A stretch of 11,575 nucleotides of DNA from a bacterium. Its GTDB lineage: Bacteria > JAMCPX01. Below the pieces are notes generated by a model. That model saw nothing but the letters and a program-made list of their open reading frames with translations. It made no database searches and was not told the DNA's origin. Location of the stretch: positions 1-11,575 of the forward strand of contig JBBIVV010000051.1 of the NCBI GenBank assembly GCA_037439545.1. The letters are read 5' to 3'. Both the position numbers and the translations under genes were made by a program. This document shows, one piece after another, positions 1 through 11,575 of the stretch (within the stretch, counting starts at the first letter, position 1; each line of letters begins with the position of its first letter).

Positions 1-2
1 GC

Positions 3-761
3 ATATTTGCACCAAGTGTCAAAAATCCATTCGGCATAACGGTGGATACGACGGGAAACCTGTATGTAGCATCGAACAGCACGAACACTATAGTAAAGAT
101 CACGCCGGTAGGAGTTGCTTCAACCTATTCAAACAGTAATAAGATTAATAGTCCGATGGACGTAGCATTGGACCCAACAGGAACAGGCACACTCTATGTA
201 CCAGATTATACTACTACGAATAACATCGTGACAATTGACACTACAGGAACAGGGACGGCATTTGCGACAATCACGGGCAGCCCCGATGCGCTTTATTTCT
301 CACAAGCCGGCCAATCATGGCCCCTCTATGTGGCGGACGGTTCAGGAGGCAGGATTTATTCTATTGCCAGCAATAAAACAGTGACCAGGTTTGCATCGGG
401 ATTTACACAGCCGACCGCCATTACTGTCGATGTATCGGGCAATGTGTATGTCGGTGAGTGCAGCAACGGCAGTGTTTATGAAATTAACGCAGCAGGAACC
501 GTAACGACAACGGTTGTCACGGGATTGTCCTGTCCTACCTGTATGAAGCTGGATCAGAACGGGAATATCTATATCCTCGACAATACGACCACGTCGACCA
601 TGTACAAATATGATCCTTCTACCGGTAATCTGTCGTTTTATCTGTCAGGCAATGGTATTCTCAATGCAAACGGCGGTTTCGCATTCAGTCCTGATTTTTC
701 ATTACTCTATGTAGGGCAAACTGCACCGATAAACGATGTAACAGCCATTCCTCTGAAGTAA
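3..761 (+). CDS. NHL-repeat / six-bladed beta-propeller protein, 5'-partial (starts upstream of the window)
   Basis: The frame is open from base 3 (IFAPSVKNPFGITVDTTGNLYV...), so GTG at 42 is probably internal. Six repeats of the P-x-G/A-I-x-V-D-x-x-G-N-L-Y-V type are visible: NPFGITVDTTGNLYV, SPMDVALDPTGTGTLYV, SPDALYFSQAGQSWPLYV, QPTAITVDVSGNVYV, CPTCMKLDQNGNIYI, ANGGFAFSPDFSLLYV. Thr/Ser/Asn/Gly-rich, as in exported proteins. Stop TAA at 759-761. Confidence 0.85.
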   Translation: MFAPSVKNPFGITVDTTGNLYVASNSTNTIVKITPVGVASTYSNSNKINSPMDVALDPTGTGTLYVPDYTTTNNIVTIDTTGTGTAFATITGSPDALYFSQAGQSWPLYVADGSGGRIYSIASNKTVTRFASGFTQPTAITVDVSGNVYVGECSNGSVYEINAAGTVTTTVVTGLSCPTCMKLDQNGNIYILDNTTTSTMYKYDPSTGNLSFYLSGNGILNANGGFAFSPDFSLLYVGQTAPINDVTAIPLK

Positions 762-762
762 A

Positions 763-848
763 CCCCGCGAGAGAATTTCGTTCCCCAATGGCTCACAACG
801 GCAGTGGTTTGAACCCACGGTTAAAATCAACGGGTTTCTCTCAAGGGG
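763..848. mobile_element. Putative non-autonomous miniature inverted-repeat element (MITE/REP-like), 86 bp
   Basis: Terminal inverted repeats CCCCGCGAGAGAA (763-775) and TTCTCTCAAGGGG (836-848) match at 11/13. TAAA flanks both sides (759-762 and 849-852), consistent with a target-site duplication. An internal imperfect hairpin AACCC...GGGTT spans 812-836. Confidence 0.55.
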
Positions 849-895
849 TAAATCTCAGGGTTGCTCCTACCTGTATTTTTTGCTATCTGTAAAAC

Positions 896-1528
896 ATGCG
901 ATCAGTCATATTTTTCTTCATGGCAATTATAATCATCAGCTGTGCAACAGCGCCTCTAAAAAAGCAAGGCGACGTTATGTATGGCACTGCATCGTGGTAT
1001 GGCGGTAAGTTCATCGGCAGAAAAACGGCGAATGGAGAGATATTTACCTCGCAGAGTCTTACCGCGGCAAACAAGACACTGCCATTCAATACGAGTGTCC
1101 TTGTGACGAACCTGAACAACAGCAAAAGTGTGATAGTCAGGATCAATGACAGGGGACCTTATGTCGGTGACAGAGTCATAGATCTCTCTTATGCAGCGGC
1201 AAAAACGATCGATATGATAGGCACAGGTACCGCGCGTGTAAGACTTGAAATAGTGAAGCCAGGAGAAGGCGTTGGGATGCAGGAAAGCAGGTTCAAAACA
1301 GGTATGTACTATCTTCAGATCGGGTTCTTCTCGGTAAGAGAAAATGCAGAGAACCTTAGATCGAGACTTTCAGGCAGATTCAGCAATTCATTGATAGATC
1401 AGGATACCATAGGCAGCAGGAAATATTACAGGGTTTTCGTCGGACCATTCGAAGACCAGATAGCAACCTATATAGAGGCTGACAAACTGAAGAACATGGG
1501 ATACATCGTAATAGTGAACAGAAGGTAG
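896..1528 (+). CDS. rlpA: Septal ring lytic transglycosylase RlpA family lipoprotein (DPBB domain plus C-terminal SPOR domain)
   Basis: Lipoprotein signal ending IISC. DPBB motifs GTASWYG, TANGE, TAANKTLPF, VRINDRGPY and IDLSYAAA. SPOR motifs YYLQIGFFS..NA and YRVFVGPF. Confidence 0.93.
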   Translation: MRSVIFFFMAIIIISCATAPLKKQGDVMYGTASWYGGKFIGRKTANGEIFTSQSLTAANKTLPFNTSVLVTNLNNSKSVIVRINDRGPYVGDRVIDLSYAAAKTIDMIGTGTARVRLEIVKPGEGVGMQESRFKTGMYYLQIGFFSVRENAENLRSRLSGRFSNSLIDQDTIGSRKYYRVFVGPFEDQIATYIEADKLKNMGYIVIVNRR

Positions 1529-1622
1529 CGTGCAGACGGAAGCGAGCATAGAGGGATAAAGGTAAAAAAAAGATCAAAGGTGTACGCTGTAGAGAAGATA
1601 CAACGTAAAGAGGGAGAACACT

Positions 1623-2003
1623 ATGAAAAGATATTATACGAATGTATTTTTAACATTACTGTTTTTATTTGCAGGATGCAGCTACAATTGCGAGGCGCAG
1701 AAACATGCGGACAAAGCAAAAGGCAGTGCCGCTTCAAACGACCTGCACAAGTTGTCCCCGGACCTTTCAAGTGCATACGAACATGAGGCCCCCGGCACAC
1801 CTATCAGCGTACTGGTAAAGACTGCAGGGACTCTTACTCCGGAGCAGAAAAAAGAACTCATGGGTCAGGGTATCGGTATCGGTACTGTGGTGAACGATAT
1901 TTTTACTGCAGACATACAATTAAAAGATGTGACGGTACTTACGGAAAAATCTTACATAAAATCCGTAGAGCTTTCGAGAAAATTGAAACTGCTGAATAAA
2001 TAG
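1623..2003 (+). CDS. Small hypothetical lipoprotein; C-terminal ~85 aa resemble a subtilase (S8) propeptide / I9 inhibitor-like domain
   Basis: Strong RBS (AGAGGGAGA) before ATG 1623. Signal peptide MKRYY + hydrophobic stretch + lipobox FAGC. The pattern KLSPDL...ISVLVKT...ELMGQGIGIGTVVNDIFTADI...LTEKSYIKSVELSRKL recalls subtilase N-terminal prodomains. The CDS is well supported; the function is tentative. Confidence 0.7.
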   Translation: MKRYYTNVFLTLLFLFAGCSYNCEAQKHADKAKGSAASNDLHKLSPDLSSAYEHEAPGTPISVLVKTAGTLTPEQKKELMGQGIGIGTVVNDIFTADIQLKDVTVLTEKSYIKSVELSRKLKLLNK

Positions 2004-2031
2004 TCGAACCCGCAAAATGTAATGACGGAGT

Positions 2032-3510
2032 TTACTTGGTGTTGACCGAGGAAGCGCTTGCTGCGAGTCCGAATATGCTCTTGAGGTCCTCATCATTGAA
2101 GCTGAGTCCTACTCCCCCAAACCATGTCCTGTAGTCCTTGTTCAATACGTCCGTCATGCCGCCAGAGAGCAAAAAATATCTCAGGATCGATATGCTGAGC
2201 ATTGTCTTCAATTCGGGATAAGGTTTCTCATTGAAATTGAACAGCTCTGCGCTTAGTTGTACCGTATCATTCGGCGAGTCTATGTCGATGCCAATACCGC
2301 CCGTTGATTCTATTATGCCGCCTCTGAAGGTGAAGTACGAAATGCGTTTTGCTATCTCGGCATTTATCTTCAATTGCTCCGTAACATTGTTCGACATGGT
2401 TTGTGTCTGCTGGACAGTGCCTGTGTTAATATTTTTTACCGTGGTATAAGACGAAGATGTTGTTGAATATCCGGAAGGATCATCGACAACGCCAAGCAGG
2501 TAATATTTGTCCCTCGACGGCTGCAGTTTCAGATTAAGAAAACTTTTAACATTTTTATAGGCAAATTGGTATTCCCCCCGGTAATCTATAATGAGCCTGA
2601 ATCGCGATGTCCCTCCGACCATATTGCTCAACCCGCTTATTGCTTTCGATACCTGTTCCTCTGTTTTCTGGTCGGTCAGCAGTTTCCCGATTGTGCCTTT
2701 ACCCTCTTTCAGGTTCGTCGAGATCTCCTCGAGGTTTGCAAGCGTCTTGTCAAGCTTCTCGCTTGCATCACTTATATTGTCCATTGTTTTGTTTACCGAT
2801 TGTTTATTCTCTGCAATAATTGCATGGAGCTCTTTTGATATCTGTGCAAGATTCGTAAGGATATCCGGGCCTTGATCTTTCAACACCTTTGCAAATGCAT
2901 TTACCGAATCAAAAGTCTTGTTCAGGTTTGTATTCGTACTTGTTACAAGGCGATCGATATGGTTGATTGTCCTGTTGAGGTTATCGACCATTTCCTTGAT
3001 ATTTTTTGCTCCCTTCGAACCGCCGAATACTTCGCTCAGGCTCTGCGATACGGATTTTATATCTGTTGCAATACCGTCGAGCTTGTTCATGAGTTCTTCG
3101 AAATCAGGCGGTGACTCCGTGAAGATGATTTGCCCGCCGGGTTTGATAGGCTCTGCAGCTTCCTTGCCCGGAACAAGCTCTATATATCTTTCGCCCAGCA
3201 GCCCCTTTGTTTTGATAACTGCCTTTGCATTTTCCTCTATCGTTACCCCGGGCATTATCCTCAAGGTAATGAGTGCTTTATCGTCCTGCAATTTTATATC
3301 ATCGATGGAGCCTACCTTTATACCTGCAATGAAGACGCCTGTTTTTGTATTCAGCCCCTGGGCATTATCGAAAAAAGCTTTTATAGTATAACCTTTTACC
3401 CTGCCAAAGATAGACCCGCCGCTTATCTTGAAGGTGATCCAAAACAGTATTGCGAGTACAATAAATAAAAATATGCCTACTTTTGCGTTCGTTGAAATGC
3501 CTTTAGCCAT
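2032..3510 (-). CDS. mlaD: MCE/MlaD-family lipid transport protein, long form (TM anchor, MCE domain, helical linker, beta-rich C-terminal domain)
   Basis: N-terminal KVGIF transmembrane helix. MCE motifs FDNAQGL..V.IAGIKVGSI and IKTKGLLGERYIELVPG. Long heptad-rich region ending GKGTIGKLL. Lies directly downstream of mlaE-mlaF. Confidence 0.9.
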   Translation of the reverse strand: MAKGISTNAKVGIFLFIVLAILFWITFKISGGSIFGRVKGYTIKAFFDNAQGLNTKTGVFIAGIKVGSIDDIKLQDDKALITLRIMPGVTIEENAKAVIKTKGLLGERYIELVPGKEAAEPIKPGGQIIFTESPPDFEELMNKLDGIATDIKSVSQSLSEVFGGSKGAKNIKEMVDNLNRTINHIDRLVTSTNTNLNKTFDSVNAFAKVLKDQGPDILTNLAQISKELHAIIAENKQSVNKTMDNISDASEKLDKTLANLEEISTNLKEGKGTIGKLLTDQKTEEQVSKAISGLSNMVGGTSRFRLIIDYRGEYQFAYKNVKSFLNLKLQPSRDKYYLLGVVDDPSGYSTTSSSYTTVKNINTGTVQQTQTMSNNVTEQLKINAEIAKRISYFTFRGGIIESTGGIGIDIDSPNDTVQLSAELFNFNEKPYPELKTMLSISILRYFLLSGGMTDVLNKDYRTWFGGVGLSFNDEDLKSIFGLAASASSVNTK

Positions 3511-3511
3511 T

Positions 3512-4264
3512 CTATACCTCTACCTGCAAAGGGCCCTCAGCCCTTCTCTCAAGGAATTGTCTGACAATCGGATCTTTCGTGTTTTTAAAATCATCAGAAC
3601 CACCATATAAAACAACCTTGCCTTTGTAAAGCATTGCAATTCTGTGGGCTATCTTGAATGTGCCGGGGATGTCGTGGCTGATGACAATACTCGTGACGCT
3701 GAGGTGTTTCTGGGTATTCATAATGAGATTGTCTATCGTGTCGCTCATGACCGGATCAAGACCGGTCGTCGGCTCGTCAAAAATCAGCACCTTTGGGTCT
3801 AAGGCTATTGCCCGGGCAAGTCCGACTCTCTTCCTCATTCCGCCGCTCAATTCTGCGGGATAAAGCTGCTCAACGCCCTTTAATCCCACGATCGCAAGCT
3901 TTTCCCGGACAATACCGTTTATCTTTTCGGGCGGGAAATCCGTATGCTCGACAAGCGGGAAAGCAACGTTTTCACCGACAGTCATCGAATCGAATAAAGC
4001 CGCACTCTGAAAAAGGACGCCAAAATCACGCAGGATGTTTGAAAAATTCTTGTGATTGAGTTTTGTTATGTCCACATTTTTCACATAGATGCCGCCTTCG
4101 TCAGGTTTGAGTAATCCTATAATATGCTTGATCAGCACGCTTTTACCACAGCCGCTCTGTCCGACAATAACCGTTGTTTTACCTTCCTCGATGGTAAGGT
4201 CAATGCCGTCAAGCACCAGGTTGCTGCCAAAAGATTTTTTAAGTTTTTTAATCTCTATCTGCAT
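3512..4264 (-). CDS. mlaF: ABC transporter ATP-binding protein, MlaF/Mkl family
   Basis: Walker A GQSGCGKS, Q-loop LFQSAALFDS, signature LSGGMRKRVGLARA, Walker B LIFDEPTTGLDP and H-loop ISHD. Sits between mlaE and mlaD. Confidence 0.93.
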   Translation of the reverse strand: MQIEIKKLKKSFGSNLVLDGIDLTIEEGKTTVIVGQSGCGKSVLIKHIIGLLKPDEGGIYVKNVDITKLNHKNFSNILRDFGVLFQSAALFDSMTVGENVAFPLVEHTDFPPEKINGIVREKLAIVGLKGVEQLYPAELSGGMRKRVGLARAIALDPKVLIFDEPTTGLDPVMSDTIDNLIMNTQKHLSVTSIVISHDIPGTFKIAHRIAMLYKGKVVLYGGSDDFKNTKDPIVRQFLERRAEGPLQVEV

Positions 4265-4266
4265 GA

Positions 4267-5058
4267 TTAGAACAGCATTGCGGTGAGAAAATAATCCGCT
4301 ATAAGTATAGAAACAGAGGCAAAAACAACAGCCTGCGTTGCAGCTTTGCCGACTCCCTCTGCACCCTTTTCCGCAAAATAACCTTTATGACACCCGACAA
4401 CGGATATAATGATTCCGAATACGCCTGCCTTTAAAAGCCCTATGTAGAGGTCCTTGAGATCAACCATATATATAGTATCGTTTATGAATCTGTGCCCGTT
4501 TAAGCCAAGCAGCGCGACAGCCATGAAATAACTGCCGAGTATGCCCACGAAATCAAAAAGCACGGTAAGCATGGGAAGCATGAGCATGGAAGATATGACC
4601 CTCGGCGTGACAAGGTATTGCATGGGACTTATACTCATTGTGTACATGGCATCTATCTGTTCCGTGACCTTCATTGTTCCAAGCTCTGCAGCCATTGCTG
4701 ATCCGACCCTGCCTGTTACCATAAGTGCGGTAAGGACCGGCCCGAGCTCTCTGGCAAGAGAGAGCGCAACAGATGGACCGATAAGGTTTTCCGCACCGAA
4801 CAGCCTGAAAGCATACGAGGTCTGGAGTGCAAACACCATGCCTGTAAAAGCGCCTGTCAAAAGCACTATGAAACTCGATTCAACGCCTATAAACTCCATT
4901 TGCTTTAAAAACAATTTATATCTTAAGGGGGGGACAAAAAAAAGGGCAATTGACTGTATAAACGTGGTGAATATGCCTCCAAGCTCTTCAAGAAAAGTGG
5001 TGACTTTTCTGCCCGTGTATTCGAATATGCCAATAAAACTGCCGTTTATTTTATTCAT
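4267..5058 (-). CDS. mlaE: ABC transporter permease, MlaE family
   Basis: Family motifs RELGPVLTALMVTGRVGSAMAAELGTMKVTEQIDAM, YLVTPR and GAEGVGKAATQAVV, with multiple hydrophobic helices. Confidence 0.95.
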   Translation of the reverse strand: MNKINGSFIGIFEYTGRKVTTFLEELGGIFTTFIQSIALFFVPPLRYKLFLKQMEFIGVESSFIVLLTGAFTGMVFALQTSYAFRLFGAENLIGPSVALSLARELGPVLTALMVTGRVGSAMAAELGTMKVTEQIDAMYTMSISPMQYLVTPRVISSMLMLPMLTVLFDFVGILGSYFMAVALLGLNGHRFINDTIYMVDLKDLYIGLLKAGVFGIIISVVGCHKGYFAEKGAEGVGKAATQAVVFASVSILIADYFLTAMLF

Positions 5059-6147
5059 ATATGTGTTTCAAATGAGAACCAAGATTGCAGAGGACCTCGT
5101 AGCTTATTGTTGAACTCTGTGCCGCTATAGTATCAGCACCTATGTAAATGCCTTTATCCCTGCCCATGATGAGCACCTTATCACCAATACGTGCATTCAT
5201 GCCATCAATATCTAACATAATGTGGTTCATGGTGACCCTTCCCAGAATGTGTGCCTTTTTGCCATGTATGCCGGCAAAGCCTGTGTTTGAAAGGAGCCTT
5301 GAGTAACCGTCTGCATAGCCCACCGGTATAACACCGACCCTTGTATCATGTTTTAGCCTGTATGTCCTGCCGTAGCTTACAGGATGTCCCTTTTTTAGGG
5401 TTTTGATCGAAATCAATCTTGAGAAGATCTCCATTGCAGGTGTCAGCCCTTTTTTACCATATCCGTACAGGCTTATGCCGGGCCTTACCATGTCAAAATG
5501 GGATTCGGGATAATGGAACAGCGTATCTGTGTTTGCGATATGTGCGGTTAATCTCCGTGACAGGCATGACTCTAAGAACGCCCTGACTTTTTTAAACCGC
5601 TGTATCTGGAGTTTTGTAAAATATATCGAATGAGCTGCATCCGCTATATGCGTCGCAACACCGGTGATGCTGAGGTGACTGAAGCGAGGGAGAATTTTAG
5701 CCAGGTCATCTATTTCATTATAAACAAAACCGAGCCTGCCCATGCCGGTATCGATCTTTAAATGGATATCTATGTGCACTCCTTTTTTCTCAGCCGCGCT
5801 GTTTAAGGCCCTCACCTGTTCTTTATTATACAATAAGGGTGTCAATGCATTGTTTATCACGGATTCTTCTTCGCCGGACTGTACTCCCGACAGCACATAG
5901 ACGGGTGCACGTATGCCTGCATCCCTGAGAACAATACCCTCACGGATAAATGCGACACCGAGGGCATCGATGCCTGCTTTCACCAGCGTCCCGGACACGG
6001 CGATCATCCCATGCCCGTAAGCATTCGATTTAACGACAGCCATAACGGTAGCACCTGCATGATTGTAGCGGCTCAAGTGCTTTCTTACAACTCCAAGATT
6101 TTCTACTATAGCTTGTGCGGAGATATGTGCGTACGTGTAGGTATTAT

Positions 6148-6151
<4 letters not shown>
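5051..6151 (-). CDS. alr: Alanine racemase
   Basis: PLP-lysine motif AVVKSNAYGHG, plus HLKIDTGMGRLG, MVRPGISLYG, catalytic Tyr in VSYG, GYADG and TISYEVLC. Start placed at ATG 6151, which forms an ATGA overlap with the upstream stop, rather than at 6166. Confidence 0.93.
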
Positions 6152-7748
<1,597 letters not shown>

Positions 7749-7750
7749 AT

Positions 7751-8539
7751 ATGACTGACAAGCCATTCAATAATGTCGTCCGCCAGGTTGGTAAAGCCAT
7801 AGGCGATTTCAGCATGATACAGCAGGGTGATAAAATACTCGTCGCTGTCTCGGGCGGAAAGGACAGTTATACCCTGCTTGATGCACTCGAGATCCTCAGA
7901 CACAGGGCACCCGTCAACTATTCCATTCTGGCTGTGCATATAGATACGGGGGCCCCGGGCATGAAGAGCGGACTTGTCGAATCATATCTGAAACAGCACG
8001 GCTACGAATACAGGATAGAACGTACGGATATCCTGCAGATTGCGCTTGAGAATAACAGGAACAAAAAGCTTTTATGTGCACTATGCTCACGGCTGCGAAG
8101 GGGCTTGCTGTACAGCCTTGCTTCAAAACTGGGATGCAATAAGATTGCACTCGGACACACCATGGACGACCTTATAGAAACACTGTTGATGAATATTTTT
8201 TTTAACGGACAGGTAAAAGCAATGCCTGCAAAAAGCGTTTCTGATAATTATAAGGTTACCGTCATAAGGCCCCTGATATATGTGAGGGCAGAGGCAGCGC
8301 TTGATTACGCCTCGAACCTTGAAGCGCCGTTGATAGACCCCGAATGCCCGGTTTCCATGTCGGCACGATTAACGAACAGACAGAAAATAAGACGTATAAT
8401 ATCCGGGCTTGAAAAGGAACACCCTTTAATAAAGGATTCCATTTTTGCTTCCCTGAAACACATAAACAGGGATTATTTACTCGATACAAGGCTGCTCCAG
8501 AACAAGCTTGCTCCGCCAATAGCTCCTAAAAGCAGTTAA
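7751..8539 (+). CDS. ttcA: tRNA 2-thiocytidine(32) synthetase TtcA family
   Basis: PP-loop SGGKDS, CALCSRLRRG, KIALGHTMDD, IRPL and a downstream CP cysteine. ATG 7751 preferred over TTG 7715; start uncertain. Confidence 0.88.
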   Translation: MTDKPFNNVVRQVGKAIGDFSMIQQGDKILVAVSGGKDSYTLLDALEILRHRAPVNYSILAVHIDTGAPGMKSGLVESYLKQHGYEYRIERTDILQIALENNRNKKLLCALCSRLRRGLLYSLASKLGCNKIALGHTMDDLIETLLMNIFFNGQVKAMPAKSVSDNYKVTVIRPLIYVRAEAALDYASNLEAPLIDPECPVSMSARLTNRQKIRRIISGLEKEHPLIKDSIFASLKHINRDYLLDTRLLQNKLAPPIAPKSS

Positions 8540-8563
8540 CTCCACACCTCGATTCTCAGCTTT

Positions 8564-8636
8564 TTCAAGTTCCCCTCTGTCACGAGGCCGGGTCAGACGT
8601 GTGCTTCAATTCCCCTTTTGAAGAGGCCGTGTCACA
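8564..8636. repeat. Degenerate tandem direct repeat, two copies, each with a small CCTY...RAGG hairpin (REP-like)
   Basis: TTCAAGTTCCCCTCTGTCACGAGGCCGGGTCAGA (8564-8597) versus TTCAATTCCCCTTTTGAAGAGGCCGTGTCACA (8605-8636), about 26/34 identical by manual alignment with two gaps. Confidence 0.5.
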
Positions 8637-8658
8637 ATCCTGATAATCTCAATATAAC

Positions 8659-8687
8659 TTGACATAGGTTTCATATTAAAGTATCAT
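8659..8687 (+). promoter_or_regulatory. Sigma70-type promoter for the fur/perR-katG operon
   Basis: TTGACA (8659-8664), 17-bp spacer, TATCAT (8682-8687), about 30 bp upstream of the regulator CDS. Confidence 0.75.
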
Positions 8688-8700
8688 TCCTATTTAGGAA
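8687..8700. promoter_or_regulatory. Inverted repeat over the predicted transcription start, candidate part of an autoregulatory operator
   Basis: TTCCTA-TT-TAGGAA lies immediately after the -10 box. Confidence 0.45.
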
Positions 8701-8718
8701 AGGGTTTACACTTAGGTT

Positions 8719-11407
<2,689 letters not shown>

Positions 11408-11432
11408 TCACGGCACATTTGGTCAGCTCGAA

Positions 11433-11459
11433 GCAGGCAAGGAGATTTGTCTGCCGTTT
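11433..11459 (+). terminator. Possible weak intrinsic terminator after katG
   Basis: Stem GCAGGCAA / TTGTCTGC (one G-U pair) with a 6-nt loop, followed only by CGTTT. Confidence 0.3.
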
Positions 11460-11575
11460 GAGGTCATTTTGTTTTTATCGATCGTGGTCACAAACATATT
11501 CTCCATTTTTAAACAAAAACCTTGCATAAACTGATAGAGCATATATTCGTATCGAGCAAGAGAAAGATTAGTTAT

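Noticed and set aside
42..44. GTG start for the first ORF
   Set aside because: The frame is open to the window edge and the upstream codons continue the first NHL repeat (NPFGIT-V-D).
763..848. tRNA or riboswitch
   Set aside because: No cloverleaf or T-loop consensus and no riboswitch motif I recognise; terminal repeats plus flanking duplication fit better.
1580..1786. 68-aa ORF overlapping the lipoprotein gene
   Set aside because: It is out of frame with a better-supported CDS that has an RBS and lipobox, and it shows no recognisable motif.
2004..2031. Bidirectional terminator between the convergent genes
   Set aside because: No convincing stem-loop in the 28-bp gap.
8330..8352. TtcA inactive because the second CxxC is reduced to a single Cys (PECP)
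   Set aside because: Three cysteines remain (CxxC plus one), which is the set reported to ligate the Fe-S cluster in TtcA.
8564..8636. CRISPR mini-array
   Set aside because: Only two degenerate copies with a 7-bp gap, and no cas genes in the window.

Overview
Bacterial chromosomal window from a diderm (Gram-negative-type) organism; the gene content and order look deltaproteobacteria-like, but the taxon cannot be fixed from this sequence. In order, it holds: the C-terminal part of an NHL-type beta-propeller protein; an 86-bp MITE/REP-like insertion; rlpA; and a small lipoprotein resembling a stand-alone subtilase propeptide. Next is a tightly coupled six-gene minus-strand operon (glnB/PII, envC-like M23, alr, mlaE, mlaF, and a long mlaD with a beta-rich C-terminus). 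Then come a divergent ttcA, a degenerate tandem repeat, and a Fur/PerR-family regulator plus katG operon with a near-consensus sigma70 promoter. Most genes belong to known families. The most interesting items are the probable trans-envelope MlaEFD system led by a PII gene, the orphan propeptide-like lipoprotein and the small TAAA-flanked insertion element.
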